Shown: positions 33,939-42,693, counted from the first letter of the stretch. The stretch is DNA of 54,824 bases from Myxococcales bacterium (GCA_021778125.1 JAJYCT010000001.1:1-54824), one strand, 5' to 3'. A program made the numbers and translations. Notes: generated by a model from the sequence alone, not told the origin.

Positions 33939-35003
33939 TCAGCCCGCCCGGGTGGTCGCGACGGTCGCGCGCGCCCCGCGCGTCAGCTTCTTGCCCCACC
34001 GGAGGAACGGCTCCTCGACGAAGCGGTACGTCAACGCGGACAGGGCGACCGTGCCCACCAACCGGAGCCCCAGGAGGACCCCGGGAGAGACCGGAAGCGC
34101 GATCTGCAAGACCAGGCCGTGCACGATGTAGACGGAGTAGCTGATGCGCCCCAGCCAGAGCAGCGCGCGAGGGAACCGCACCCCGGGGCGGAGCAGGAGC
34201 AGGCCGAAGAGGGCGTACGCGGCGAACCAGGCCGACACGAACGCCGGCGGGTTGATGCCGTCGTCCAGGTGCCGCGTGCCCACGTAGGCGTAGTTCGCGA
34301 GCGCCGCGGCGCCCACCGAGGCCGCGAACGCGAGGATCGCCAGGCGGACCGTCGAGCGCCGCGTGTCCCCGCAGAAGCCGCGGTACGCCGTCGTGCCGAC
34401 CCAGAACGTCAACATCCAGAAATACGGGATGTGAAACCGGAGCCGGTGATGCGCGAGCGGATCGACCACGTAGAAGTGGGCGAACAGCAGGGCGCCGCCC
34501 AGAAGCAGCCAGTGGCTCTTCTTGTGCAAGCCGACGACGAAGAGCGCCGACATCGACGCGTAGAAGAGCATCTCGTAGGAGAGCGTCCAGTACAGGCCGA
34601 TCGCGCTCGGGACGTCGAACAGAAAGTGGACCATCGTGGCGTTCCACAGCGCGCTGGCGGGCAGCGCGGCGACGAAGTCGGGCGGCGGATCGCCGAGGTC
34701 GAGCGCGTGCAGCGCGAGGACGGCGACGAGGCTGAGCCCGTAGAGCGGAAACAGCCGGAAGAGGCGGTTGATCCAGAACTTCGGCAAGGAGCCGAGGCGC
34801 TCGAGGCTGAACGGAATGACGAAGCCGCTCACCAGGAAGAAGGTGATCACGCCGAAGACGCCCGGGTTGAAGACGTCGAGCGTGAAGCGCTGGAAGCGCG
34901 GCGACCACTCCGAGACCATGTGCATCAGCGCGACCGACAGGGCGGCGATGGCGCGCGCGAAGTCGAGGAACTCGAGCCGATCTCCGGCGGGCTTCGTCGG
35001 CAA
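33939..35003 (-). CDS. acyltransferase family 3 membrane protein (O-acyl/acetyltransferase of glycans)
   Basis: LDFARAIAALSVALMH, FFLVSGFVI, WTLSYEMLFY and YSVYIVH are typical AT3 (OatA/NolL-type) motifs. About 10 TM helices. TTG start 7 nt after the upstream gene's stop. Confidence 0.82.
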   Translation of the reverse strand: MPTKPAGDRLEFLDFARAIAALSVALMHMVSEWSPRFQRFTLDVFNPGVFGVITFFLVSGFVIPFSLERLGSLPKFWINRLFRLFPLYGLSLVAVLALHALDLGDPPPDFVAALPASALWNATMVHFLFDVPSAIGLYWTLSYEMLFYASMSALFVVGLHKKSHWLLLGGALLFAHFYVVDPLAHHRLRFHIPYFWMLTFWVGTTAYRGFCGDTRRSTVRLAILAFAASVGAAALANYAYVGTRHLDDGINPPAFVSAWFAAYALFGLLLLRPGVRFPRALLWLGRISYSVYIVHGLVLQIALPVSPGVLLGLRLVGTVALSALTYRFVEEPFLRWGKKLTRGARATVATTRAG

Positions 35004-35010
35004 GCGGGGC

Positions 35011-36297
35011 CTACTGGATCGCCATGCGCGTCTTCATGAGGACCACGACGTACGGGTTCCAGGTCGACAGGCCGTAGTAGAGGTCGAGCTCCGAGCCGCG
35101 CACCCGCGTGAAGCGCTCGATGACGTACGGCGCGTAGGGGCCTCCCTGGACCGCCTCCGGGTTCGCCTGGGCCTCCTTGCCGATCACCGGCCCGGCGAGC
35201 CCGTCGTTCGAGCCCGCCTGGTGGATGAAGCGCCCGATCGCGTCACGAGGCGGATCCAGGATGAGCTGCGGCTCGCTCCACGGTCCCCAGGGCGCCCGCG
35301 CGTACGCGAACGCGATGCCGTGCGTCGGCGCGCGCTCGTCGTACGTCATGAGCCACATGCCGAGCTCCTTGCACCACGTGACCGACACGTCCCCCAGCGT
35401 GCCGTTGCGGTGAACGGGCTGGGCGTCCGCCTCGCTCGCGCTCCACGTGGGCGCGCCCCTCGCGTCGAGCCCCGTGAAGTAGCGGGTGCCCTCGCCGTCG
35501 GCGAAGCGCGCCGCCGGGACGATCGCCAGAAAGAGGTCGCTCTTGCGGTAGGTGCCCGTGCCCCACATCAGGACGTACGGGCCGCCGGGCGGCATGCCCG
35601 GCTGCGGGGCCGGCTCGAGGTGCAGCGACATCGTCGCGAAGTGTCCCGACGGCAGCTGGGAGATGGTTCGAAGAGGCTGGAACGTCGCGGGCAGGGTGAA
35701 CCGGGTGAGCACCGAGCGGTCGGTCGACCAGTCCGCCGAGTGGTTCGTCCGGACGACGACGTACATCTGCCCGCCCAGGCTGATCCCCGAGACGGGGACC
35801 TCGAACGCCCCCATGCGGATGCCGGGGGGCTGCACGGTCAGGTACCGGTTGCCGTTCATGAGGAAGTCCAGGCGCACGCCGGTCTCCGGATCGGTCGCCG
35901 TGGTCGTGGCGATCGTGTCGAGGGCCCCGCCGAGCCGGCCGACCGTGTCGCCGAACAGAAAGAACGCCCGCCCCTCGTGCTCGAACGAGTACCCGAGGTC
36001 GGTGCCGCGGATCTGGTAGCGCGTGAAGGTCCGACTGAGCGTCGGGACGTGGCGCTCCCGGTCCTCCTCGCCCACCAGCTGTTCGAGCTTGGTGGTCGAT
36101 CCCGCGATGAATCGAAGGGTCGGGGCGCCCGGCGGGGCGATGGGGCCGCCGGGCTGCGCCTGAACCTGCAGGGCGGGAGCCGCCACCGTGGCGCTCGGCG
36201 CGGTGCGCGAGTGGGTCCCGTGCGTGTCGCAGGCCGCCAGGCCCGCGCTCGCAGCGGCCGCGAGGGCGAGGGCGAGACGGCGACGGGCGGGGCCCAA
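35011..36297 (-). CDS. DUF4185-like secreted lipoprotein (putative glycoside hydrolase)
   Basis: The TTG 36297 start gives the signal peptide (M)GPARRRLALALAAAASAGLAAC. IRGTDLGYSFEHEGRAFFLFGDTVG and VPVSGISLGGQMYVVV resemble the DUF4185 signature as I remember it. The tracked start at 36522 would run antisense through the neighbouring gene and its promoter. Confidence 0.65.
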   Translation of the reverse strand: MGPARRRLALALAAAASAGLAACDTHGTHSRTAPSATVAAPALQVQAQPGGPIAPPGAPTLRFIAGSTTKLEQLVGEEDRERHVPTLSRTFTRYQIRGTDLGYSFEHEGRAFFLFGDTVGRLGGALDTIATTTATDPETGVRLDFLMNGNRYLTVQPPGIRMGAFEVPVSGISLGGQMYVVVRTNHSADWSTDRSVLTRFTLPATFQPLRTISQLPSGHFATMSLHLEPAPQPGMPPGGPYVLMWGTGTYRKSDLFLAIVPAARFADGEGTRYFTGLDARGAPTWSASEADAQPVHRNGTLGDVSVTWCKELGMWLMTYDERAPTHGIAFAYARAPWGPWSEPQLILDPPRDAIGRFIHQAGSNDGLAGPVIGKEAQANPEAVQGGPYAPYVIERFTRVRGSELDLYYGLSTWNPYVVVLMKTRMAIQ

Positions 36298-36379
36298 GGC
36301 GGGAGCGCGCGCGCGGCGGTGTCGCGGTGCGGGGGGAGTCGTGAGCGTAGGCAAGCAGGCCTCCGGGAGCGTGCGGCGC

Positions 36380-36408
36380 TTGACGAGGAACAAGCTCAAG
36401 TTTATCGT
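36380..36408 (+). promoter_or_regulatory. candidate sigma70-type promoter (TTGACG - 17 nt - TATCGT) for the small lipoprotein gene
   Basis: Read directly in a locally AT-rich patch. Followed by the canonical SD TAGGAGG, 7 nt before ATG 36437. Confidence 0.45.
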
Positions 36409-36436
36409 GACCACTCCGTTTAGGAGGAGCACTATC

Positions 36437-36637
36437 ATGCTGGGGAACAAAATAGCCTGGGTTATCGCGCTGTTGCCGCTTGCGACAGCCGTGTACACGG
36501 GCTGCGCCAGCTCGACGGGCACGGACTACACGGGCGACGACGCCGCAACCGACGGCCTCGCCCCCGGCCAGGACTCGTCCACCACGGGCAGCGACAGCGC
36601 GCCCACGGACGACGGGCCGACCTCGAACGGCGGCTGA
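36437..36637 (+). CDS. 66-aa lipoprotein with Ser/Thr/Asp/Gly-rich disordered mature part
   Basis: MLGNKIAWVIALLPLATAVYTGC (lipobox) then ASSTGTDYTGDDAATDGLAPGQDSSTTGSDSAPTDDGPTSNGG. A strong SD and promoter-like hexamers lie upstream. It is the internal start of tracked ORF 36188..36637. Confidence 0.6.
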   Translation: MLGNKIAWVIALLPLATAVYTGCASSTGTDYTGDDAATDGLAPGQDSSTTGSDSAPTDDGPTSNGG

Positions 36638-38089
36638 TCACGTCGCCTGCTGGGCCTCCAGCCGGCTGGCCGAGCGCCAGAGGATGCGCAGGCCCACCAG
36701 GGCCCACGCGAGCACGGGGCCCAGCGATCCGGCCCGCGGTAGGCCGATGACCATGCCCAGGTTGGAAGATCCTGGGATGGCGGCGAGCTCTCCATTCCAG
36801 AGCTTCCCCCACACCCAGCCGAGCACGTTCGCCTGTTCGGGCGCCTCGATGCCGACCGCCGTCATTGCGAGCATGTTGAGGGCCGACGCGGTCGCGAGCA
36901 CGACGCCCACCCGCCGGGCGGCGGTCTGTCCGTAGACCGCCGGCGCGCCGAGCGCGAGAAACGCCATGCCGGGCACCAGGTGGCGAGGCCCGGCCGCCGC
37001 CCCGCCCCACCACATGTAGTAGCCCGCGTTGGCCGCGAGCAACGCGAGGGCTGACCAGGCGGCGGCCCGCGAGGGCCAGCTCGCGTGCGGCAGCGAGGTG
37101 ATCCACCACGCGGCGAGCATCGCGGTGACGGGCGCGACGTACACCAGGCCACGACGAGCGCCGACGATGAGCCCAAAGAGCGCGTCGAGGTGGGGCAGCT
37201 CGATGCCGAGCAACCCCTTGGCGTGCCCCGCCGCGAACTGCGCGCTGGCGATGTGAGAGTAGCCGGTCCGCCACGGCGCGCCGTAGCACGCCGTGTGGAC
37301 GAGCCCGACCACCGCGACGGGCAGGAGCGCGCCGAGCAGCAGATCGCGGCACGTCGTCAGCGCGCGCGCTCGTCCTGCCGCGACCAGCGTCGAGACGACC
37401 AGGACGGCGGCCGGGAACATCGTGATGTATTCGCAGCCGACGGCCGCCGCGAGCGCCGCGCCGCCCAGCCGCACGCGGGCCAGCGAGACCGGCGCGAGGT
37501 CGGGCCCGGGCGTGACCGCGAGGTACCCGCCGAGCAGGCAGGCCGCCGCGGGGACGTGACCGTAGAAGCTCGTCGCGTAGGGGAACGCGGGCGTCCCCAG
37601 CGTGACGGCGAGCGACCCGAAGAGCGCGGCGAGAGGGTGCGTCCACCGCCGCAGGAGCGCGAAGAGCATGACCCCGATCGCCGCGCCCGCGGCGCCGGCG
37701 GTCACCAGCGAGCAGGCGTAGAGATCGCGACGGAACGTCGCGTTGACCACGACGCGCTTCTCCGGCTCGGCCGCCGGGCCGATGGCGTGATGCTCGGGCC
37801 GCGCGCCCACCCTCCGGTCGAGCGCGTGGAGCACGGCGTACACCGGCACCGCGGCGACGGCGGGCAGGGGCGCCTTGTCGCTGTACCAGTGGCCGCCGGA
37901 GAAGGCCTTGTCGCCCGTGTCGTCCGCGAGCTCGTCGATGACCACCGTGCCGCGCTCGACGAGCGATCGGGTCAGGTCGAAGCGCGACACGGGGTTCCAC
38001 GTCGGGCCGGGGATGAAGTACGCGAACAGGCCGAACAGCCACCCCGCGTACAGCCAGAGAAACCACCGGGGCGTCGCGCGAGCCGTCAT
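36638..38089 (-). CDS. polytopic membrane protein, GT-C-fold glycosyltransferase-like (483 aa)
   Basis: From ATG 38089 there are ~11 TM helices. The first extracytoplasmic loop, NPVSRFDLTRSLVERGTVVIDELADDTGDKAFSGGHWYSDKAPLP, resembles the Asp-containing loop-1 of polyprenyl-phosphate-sugar-dependent GT-C enzymes. The family is not identified. Confidence 0.65.
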   Translation of the reverse strand: MTARATPRWFLWLYAGWLFGLFAYFIPGPTWNPVSRFDLTRSLVERGTVVIDELADDTGDKAFSGGHWYSDKAPLPAVAAVPVYAVLHALDRRVGARPEHHAIGPAAEPEKRVVVNATFRRDLYACSLVTAGAAGAAIGVMLFALLRRWTHPLAALFGSLAVTLGTPAFPYATSFYGHVPAAACLLGGYLAVTPGPDLAPVSLARVRLGGAALAAAVGCEYITMFPAAVLVVSTLVAAGRARALTTCRDLLLGALLPVAVVGLVHTACYGAPWRTGYSHIASAQFAAGHAKGLLGIELPHLDALFGLIVGARRGLVYVAPVTAMLAAWWITSLPHASWPSRAAAWSALALLAANAGYYMWWGGAAAGPRHLVPGMAFLALGAPAVYGQTAARRVGVVLATASALNMLAMTAVGIEAPEQANVLGWVWGKLWNGELAAIPGSSNLGMVIGLPRAGSLGPVLAWALVGLRILWRSASRLEAQQAT

Positions 38090-38205
38090 CGCCGCGCAGT
38101 CTTTCGCACGTCGGGCAGCCGCGTCAAAACCTCTCCGGGGCGCCCGTCGGGGAGCCTCGCCGCCGCCGTGTTGGACCGGGCCGGCGATCATGGTAGCAGG
38201 GAGGG

Positions 38206-39753
38206 GTGCGCGAGCGTGTGCGGCAGGGGCGCTGGCACGTCGCTGCGCTGTTCGTCCTCACGTCGGCGCTCACCCTCGCCGCCTTCGGAAATACGCTTCG
38301 AGCCGGCTTCGTCTACGACGACGAGTGGACGATCCAGCACAACGCGCACCTCGATGCGCCGCTCGGGAGCCTGCTCGGCGCCTGCGTCCGGGGCGACGCC
38401 AGGCGCCTGCGGATCCCCGACGCCACGCGCCCCGCCATGGTGGCGTCCACCTGGGTGGATCACCGGCTCTTCGGTGCCCGTCCGCTCGGCTTCCATGCGG
38501 ACTCGCTGTGCCTGGCCGCCTTGACGTCCGCGCTCGCGGGGCTCGCGGTCTTCGCGATCACGCGCCGGCGACGCATGGCCGCCCTGGCCGCCGCGATCTT
38601 CGCCGTCGCTCCGCTCCACGCGGAGGTCGTCGCCGCGGTGCACGACCGCGAGGACCTGCTGGCCGCGCTGGGCCTCTTCGGGGTCCTGGCGCTGCTCTTC
38701 TGGCCGCGCGGGGCGACGGCGCACACGGTCGCTTCGCGCGCGCGCGCCGGGGGCGCCGCGGCGCTGGCCGGCGCCCTCTGGCTGCTCGGCCTGGCCGCCA
38801 AGGAGAGCGCCGCGGTCCTGGTGCCGCTCGCGGCCTGCGCGTGGTGTCTGCAGTCGGGCTCGCGTCGACGCCGCTGGCTGGGCGCCCGCGAGCCGATGCT
38901 CCTCGCCCTGCTGGCCGTGGGGATCGTGTGGGCGAACTGGCGGCTGGGCCTGCGCTTCGGCGCCGACGACGTGCCCGTCGCCCGGGGAGTGAGCCTCGCC
39001 GGCCGGCTGCTGCGCTCGGCGCGCTACGAGGCGTGGGCCGCGGCGCAGTCGCTGCTCCCCGTGCTGTCGGCGCCCGAGCACGCTCGCCAGGGGCCCGCGA
39101 GCGTCGCGTGGGTGGCGGCGCTCGCCGGTCTGGTGGCGCTGACCGTGGGCATGGCCCGGCGCCGCGACACGCGCGTGCCCGCGCTCGGGCTCGCGATCGT
39201 GCTCGTCGCGCCTCTCGCGGCCTCGCCCCTCGTCGGTCCCGTCAACGAGCAGGCGGACAGGTACCTCTTCGCCGGCGTGCTCGGCGGGGCCATCGTGTGG
39301 GCGTGGGCCATCGAGCGCCTCGCGCGCCGCGCGGGCCGCCGGGTGGGGCTCGGCGTCGCCGTGGTCGTCGCCTGCGGGCTCGTCGTGCAGTCGGCCCGGT
39401 CCGCCGCCGCGTGGCACGACGACCGCTCGCTGTGGACCGAGGCGACGCGCGTCGCCCCGGGGTCGGCGCGCGCGTGGGCGGGGCTCTCGCGCGCCGTGCG
39501 CCTGGAGGGCGACGTCGCCCGGGCCCTCGCGCTGTCGCGACGCGCCCTCGCGCTCGACCCCTTCTATGCGCCGGCGCACCTCACGAACGCCTACAACCTG
39601 ATTTGCGCCGGCCGGCGCGACGAGGCGCTCGCGGATCTCGCCTACGCCGAGGAGCACGCGCCGGACATGCCGGGCCTCGCCCGCGCCCGGGCCTGCGCCT
39701 CGCGCGCCGCCGAGGCGGCTGCGGCCTGCATCGACGCGCCCACCGCCCCCTGA
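38206..39753 (+). CDS. TMTC/PMT-like membrane glycosyltransferase with C-terminal TPR repeats
   Basis: The N-terminal motif FGNTLRAGFVYDDEWTIQHN, then FHADSLCLAAL and LAAKESAAVLVPL, are as in bacterial TMTC-like (DUF1736-containing) proteins. About 9-10 TM helices. The C-terminal TPR-like tail reads AWAGLSRAVRLEGDVARALALSRRALALDPFYAPAHLTNAYNLICAGRRDEAL. The start codon is uncertain. Confidence 0.72.
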   Translation: MRERVRQGRWHVAALFVLTSALTLAAFGNTLRAGFVYDDEWTIQHNAHLDAPLGSLLGACVRGDARRLRIPDATRPAMVASTWVDHRLFGARPLGFHADSLCLAALTSALAGLAVFAITRRRRMAALAAAIFAVAPLHAEVVAAVHDREDLLAALGLFGVLALLFWPRGATAHTVASRARAGGAAALAGALWLLGLAAKESAAVLVPLAACAWCLQSGSRRRRWLGAREPMLLALLAVGIVWANWRLGLRFGADDVPVARGVSLAGRLLRSARYEAWAAAQSLLPVLSAPEHARQGPASVAWVAALAGLVALTVGMARRRDTRVPALGLAIVLVAPLAASPLVGPVNEQADRYLFAGVLGGAIVWAWAIERLARRAGRRVGLGVAVVVACGLVVQSARSAAAWHDDRSLWTEATRVAPGSARAWAGLSRAVRLEGDVARALALSRRALALDPFYAPAHLTNAYNLICAGRRDEALADLAYAEEHAPDMPGLARARACASRAAEAAAACIDAPTAP

Positions 39754-39754
39754 C

Positions 39755-40258
39755 TCAGTACAGCGAGGCGATACGCGTCGCCCGGTACGCGGAGTAGCCG
39801 GAGAAGCTGGGGTCGGACGGGATCGAGCCGAGCTCCTGCCGGTCAACCCGTCATGTTCGTCGTGTCGAGCGCGTACTCGAGCGCCCGGCTGTAGAGGTTG
39901 ACGCCGCCGTCGGCGGCCGGCCGGCCGTTGCCGTTGTCGAATGACCGAGCACGCCGCCGTCCTCGTCGAACTCGTCGATGACGTTGCCGACGACGGCGTA
40001 CGTGGTCGTGCCGCCGTCCGCCGTGGGGTAGCCCGGGACGTCGCGCAGCTCGGAGCTCAGCGCGAGATCGTCGGAGGACGACGGCTCCGGAGAGAGCTCG
40101 TGGTGGATCGAATCGAGCCCCATCGCCGGGGCCCTGTACGACCGGACGACGTTGCCCGTCATGTCGATCTCGGCCCAGATGCCGAAGACGGACCGCGCGC
40201 GCATCCCGAGGACGGGGATGCTGAACGACGTCGCGAGCCCTGCCGTGGGGCCGATCAC
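39755..40258 (-). pseudogene. deletion-riddled relic of an ASST-like gene (inverted partial paralogue of 28789..30552)
   Basis: Four homology blocks to the intact gene, in order. (1) GPTAGLATSFSIPVLGMRARSVFGI. (2) WAEIDMTGNVVRSYRAPAMGLDSIHHELSPEPSSSDDLALSSELRDVPGYPTADGGTTTYAVVGNVIDEFDEDGGVL. (3) After a frameshift, FDNGNGRPAADGGVNLYSRALEYALDTTNMT. (4) In a third frame, ELGSIPSDPSFSGYSAYRATRIASLY-stop. 60 nt (39858-39917) are 100% identical to 30181-30240. Confidence 0.8.
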
Positions 40259-40262
40259 GGGC

Positions 40263-42584
40263 TCATGGCATCTTGGGCTCGAGGCCCATCTCCTTGACCA
40301 GGGGCTTGGCCCCGTCGAGCGCGTCCATCGTCCAGATCATGTAGCGGGCGTCGACGTGGATCGTGCGCGTCGTCGTCCCGTCGAAGACGACGTCGGAGGC
40401 GAGGCCCTCCTTGTTGCCGTCGAACGCGAGGCCGACCAGCTCGCCCTTGTCGTTGAGCGTGGGCGAGCCCGAGTTGCCGCCCGTGATGTCCAGGTCGGAC
40501 TCGAAATCAATGGGCAGGTCGCCGCCGAGCGCGGGGTCCGCGTACGGGCCGAAGTCCTTCGCCTTGATCGCGTCGAGCAGCTTCTGCGGCGCGTTGAACG
40601 GATCCTTGCCGGTGTCCTTGGCGAGGATCTGCGACGCCACCGTGAACGGCCAGTCGGCGGGCGCGCTCGACTCGGGGTGGAGCGAGCGCACCGTGCCGTA
40701 GGTCACGCGCAGCGTGGCGTTGGCGTCGGGGGCGAGCGCGCCGCCGAGCACCGCCTTGTTCGCCTCGGTGTAGAGCGGCGCGAGCAGGAGCGCGTCGCCG
40801 GCGCGCGCGTCGTCCTTCTTCTCCTCGGCCTTGACGATCGCGAAGACGCGCCGCGCGGCCTGCACGAACGCGTCCTTGCTCGCGGCCAGCCCGGCCGGCG
40901 TGCCCTTCTCCAGCAGCTCCAGGCGCGTCTTCTCGTCCTCGAGGGCCGGCGACTTGTACCAGGCGTCGAGGGTCTTATCGACGAGCGCCTCGTCGATCCT
41001 CGTGCCCTTCTTCACGCCGAGCAGCGTCGCGAGCCACGGGCGCTCGGCCTCGATCCGGCGCGCCGCGCGCAGCAGCGCCATGCGGAAGGTCGCGCGGTCG
41101 AGCGTGCGGTCGTACTGCCGCGAGAGCTGCTTGCTCGCCGCGACGGCGCGCGGCAGGTCGCGCTCCTGGTAGCCGGCCTTGCGGTCGGCGTCCTTCTTGC
41201 CGCGCTCCTCGGCCCAGCGCATGAGCGAGATCGCGCTCGCGAGCAGCGACGAGCCGCGCCCCAGCGCGAGGTTGCGGTCGAAGTCGGCGAGCTCGGCGCA
41301 CTGCTGCTTGTCGATCAGGGCCTCGAGCTTCTCGATGCCCTCCTTGTATACCTCGTGGCCCGGCTGCGCCGCCCACTCCTTGGCCTTCTTGTCGAGCGCG
41401 TCCTTCTGCGCGAGCAGGCCCGGGTTCCTGGCGAGGCCTTGCAGGATGCCCTCGTACTTCTCGAGGCCGTTCTGCGTGTACTGCTTCATGACGGTGGCCT
41501 TGATCGCCGTCTCGCCGCCGTCGCCCAGGTGCGCCTCGGCGAGCTTGTAGCGCTCCTTGAGGTAGTCGATGAGGTACGGGTAGAAGACCTCGACGTCGTG
41601 GTGCACCTCGGAGGCGTTGACCGTGCGGTCGGTGACCGCCGGGTAGCCGGCGACCATCACGAAGTCGCCGGGCTCGAGGCCCGCGGTGGTCACCTTCAGC
41701 CAGTGCCTGGGCTGGTAGGGCACGTTGTCGGGCGAGTAGTCGGCCGGCTTGCCGTCCTTGCCCACGTAGGCGCGGAAGAACGACCAGTCGCCGGTGTGGC
41801 GCGGCCACTCCCAGTTGTCGATCTCGCCGCCATAGTCGCCGACCGAGCGCGCCGGCGCGTAGACCAGGCGCACGTCGCGGATCTCGAGCATCTCGATGAG
41901 CTGGTAGGTGCCGCCGCGGAAGAACGACGAGACCTGGCAGCGAATGCCCGGCCGGTCCTTCTCGCAGGCCGCGACGAGCTCCTTGGAGCGCTTCTCGGAC
42001 TCCTTCTTGCGCGCGACCGGATCCTTGATGGCGTCGAGGCCGTCGCGCATCTTCGCCGTCACGTCGGTGTAGGCCTGCGCCACCATCACGCGCTGCGCGG
42101 GGCCGGCCGTGGGCTCGTCGGCCCTGGTCTTCGCGAGGAAGCCGCCCTCGACGTAGTTCTTGCCGCCCTTCGAGTTGAGCTGCAGCGCGCCTTGTGCGCA
42201 GTGGTGGTTGGTCACCACCAGCCCCTCGGGCGACACGAACGAGCCCGTGCACCCGCCGAGGAACACGACGCCCGCCAGCGGCGACTGCAGCGGATCGGAG
42301 AGCGTCTTGGCGTCGAGCTTCACGCCCATCTTCTGGAACGTGTCGACGTGCTGGGGCAGCGTCATCTGCGACGGCATCCACATCCCGCCCGGGTCGGCGT
42401 ACGCCATGCGGAACGGCAGGTTCGGGTCGGGCGGAGGCGCGACGACGGCGGCCGAGGCGGAGGCGCTCGGCGGCGGCGCGACCCGCGGGGGAGGAGCGGG
42501 GGGAGGGGCCTCACCGCCGCACGCGGCGGCGAGGACGGCGCAGAAGGGGAGAGCGAGCTTCTTCACGGGTTCGCGGCATACCAC
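40263..42584 (-). CDS. S46-family dipeptidyl-peptidase (DPP7/DPP11-like) lipoprotein
   Basis: Lipobox ALPFCAVLAAAC. GGCTGSFVSPEGLVVTNHHC (catalytic His), DITGGNSGSPTLN (catalytic Ser), 773 aa. Start is GTG 42584 or GTG 42566. Confidence 0.88.
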   Translation of the reverse strand: MVCREPVKKLALPFCAVLAAACGGEAPPPAPPPRVAPPPSASASAAVVAPPPDPNLPFRMAYADPGGMWMPSQMTLPQHVDTFQKMGVKLDAKTLSDPLQSPLAGVVFLGGCTGSFVSPEGLVVTNHHCAQGALQLNSKGGKNYVEGGFLAKTRADEPTAGPAQRVMVAQAYTDVTAKMRDGLDAIKDPVARKKESEKRSKELVAACEKDRPGIRCQVSSFFRGGTYQLIEMLEIRDVRLVYAPARSVGDYGGEIDNWEWPRHTGDWSFFRAYVGKDGKPADYSPDNVPYQPRHWLKVTTAGLEPGDFVMVAGYPAVTDRTVNASEVHHDVEVFYPYLIDYLKERYKLAEAHLGDGGETAIKATVMKQYTQNGLEKYEGILQGLARNPGLLAQKDALDKKAKEWAAQPGHEVYKEGIEKLEALIDKQQCAELADFDRNLALGRGSSLLASAISLMRWAEERGKKDADRKAGYQERDLPRAVAASKQLSRQYDRTLDRATFRMALLRAARRIEAERPWLATLLGVKKGTRIDEALVDKTLDAWYKSPALEDEKTRLELLEKGTPAGLAASKDAFVQAARRVFAIVKAEEKKDDARAGDALLLAPLYTEANKAVLGGALAPDANATLRVTYGTVRSLHPESSAPADWPFTVASQILAKDTGKDPFNAPQKLLDAIKAKDFGPYADPALGGDLPIDFESDLDITGGNSGSPTLNDKGELVGLAFDGNKEGLASDVVFDGTTTRTIHVDARYMIWTMDALDGAKPLVKEMGLEPKMP

Positions 42585-42693
42585 GGACCGCGAGGGTCGG
42601 CAGCCGGCGTCGACGAAACGTTCGATGCGCGGAGGGATCGACGCTCGTACGCTCGCCGCGTCCGCCCCGGTCGTCGAGTACGCCCGCCGCGGG

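Noticed and set aside
30476-34131. ORFs 30476..33892 (-, 1138 aa) and 30631..34131 (+, 1166 aa)
   Set aside because: They are alternative frames of the 1115-aa membrane/repeat protein. Only the 30563..33910 frame gives TM helices and the four-fold repeat. The others are Arg/Gly/Pro-rich.
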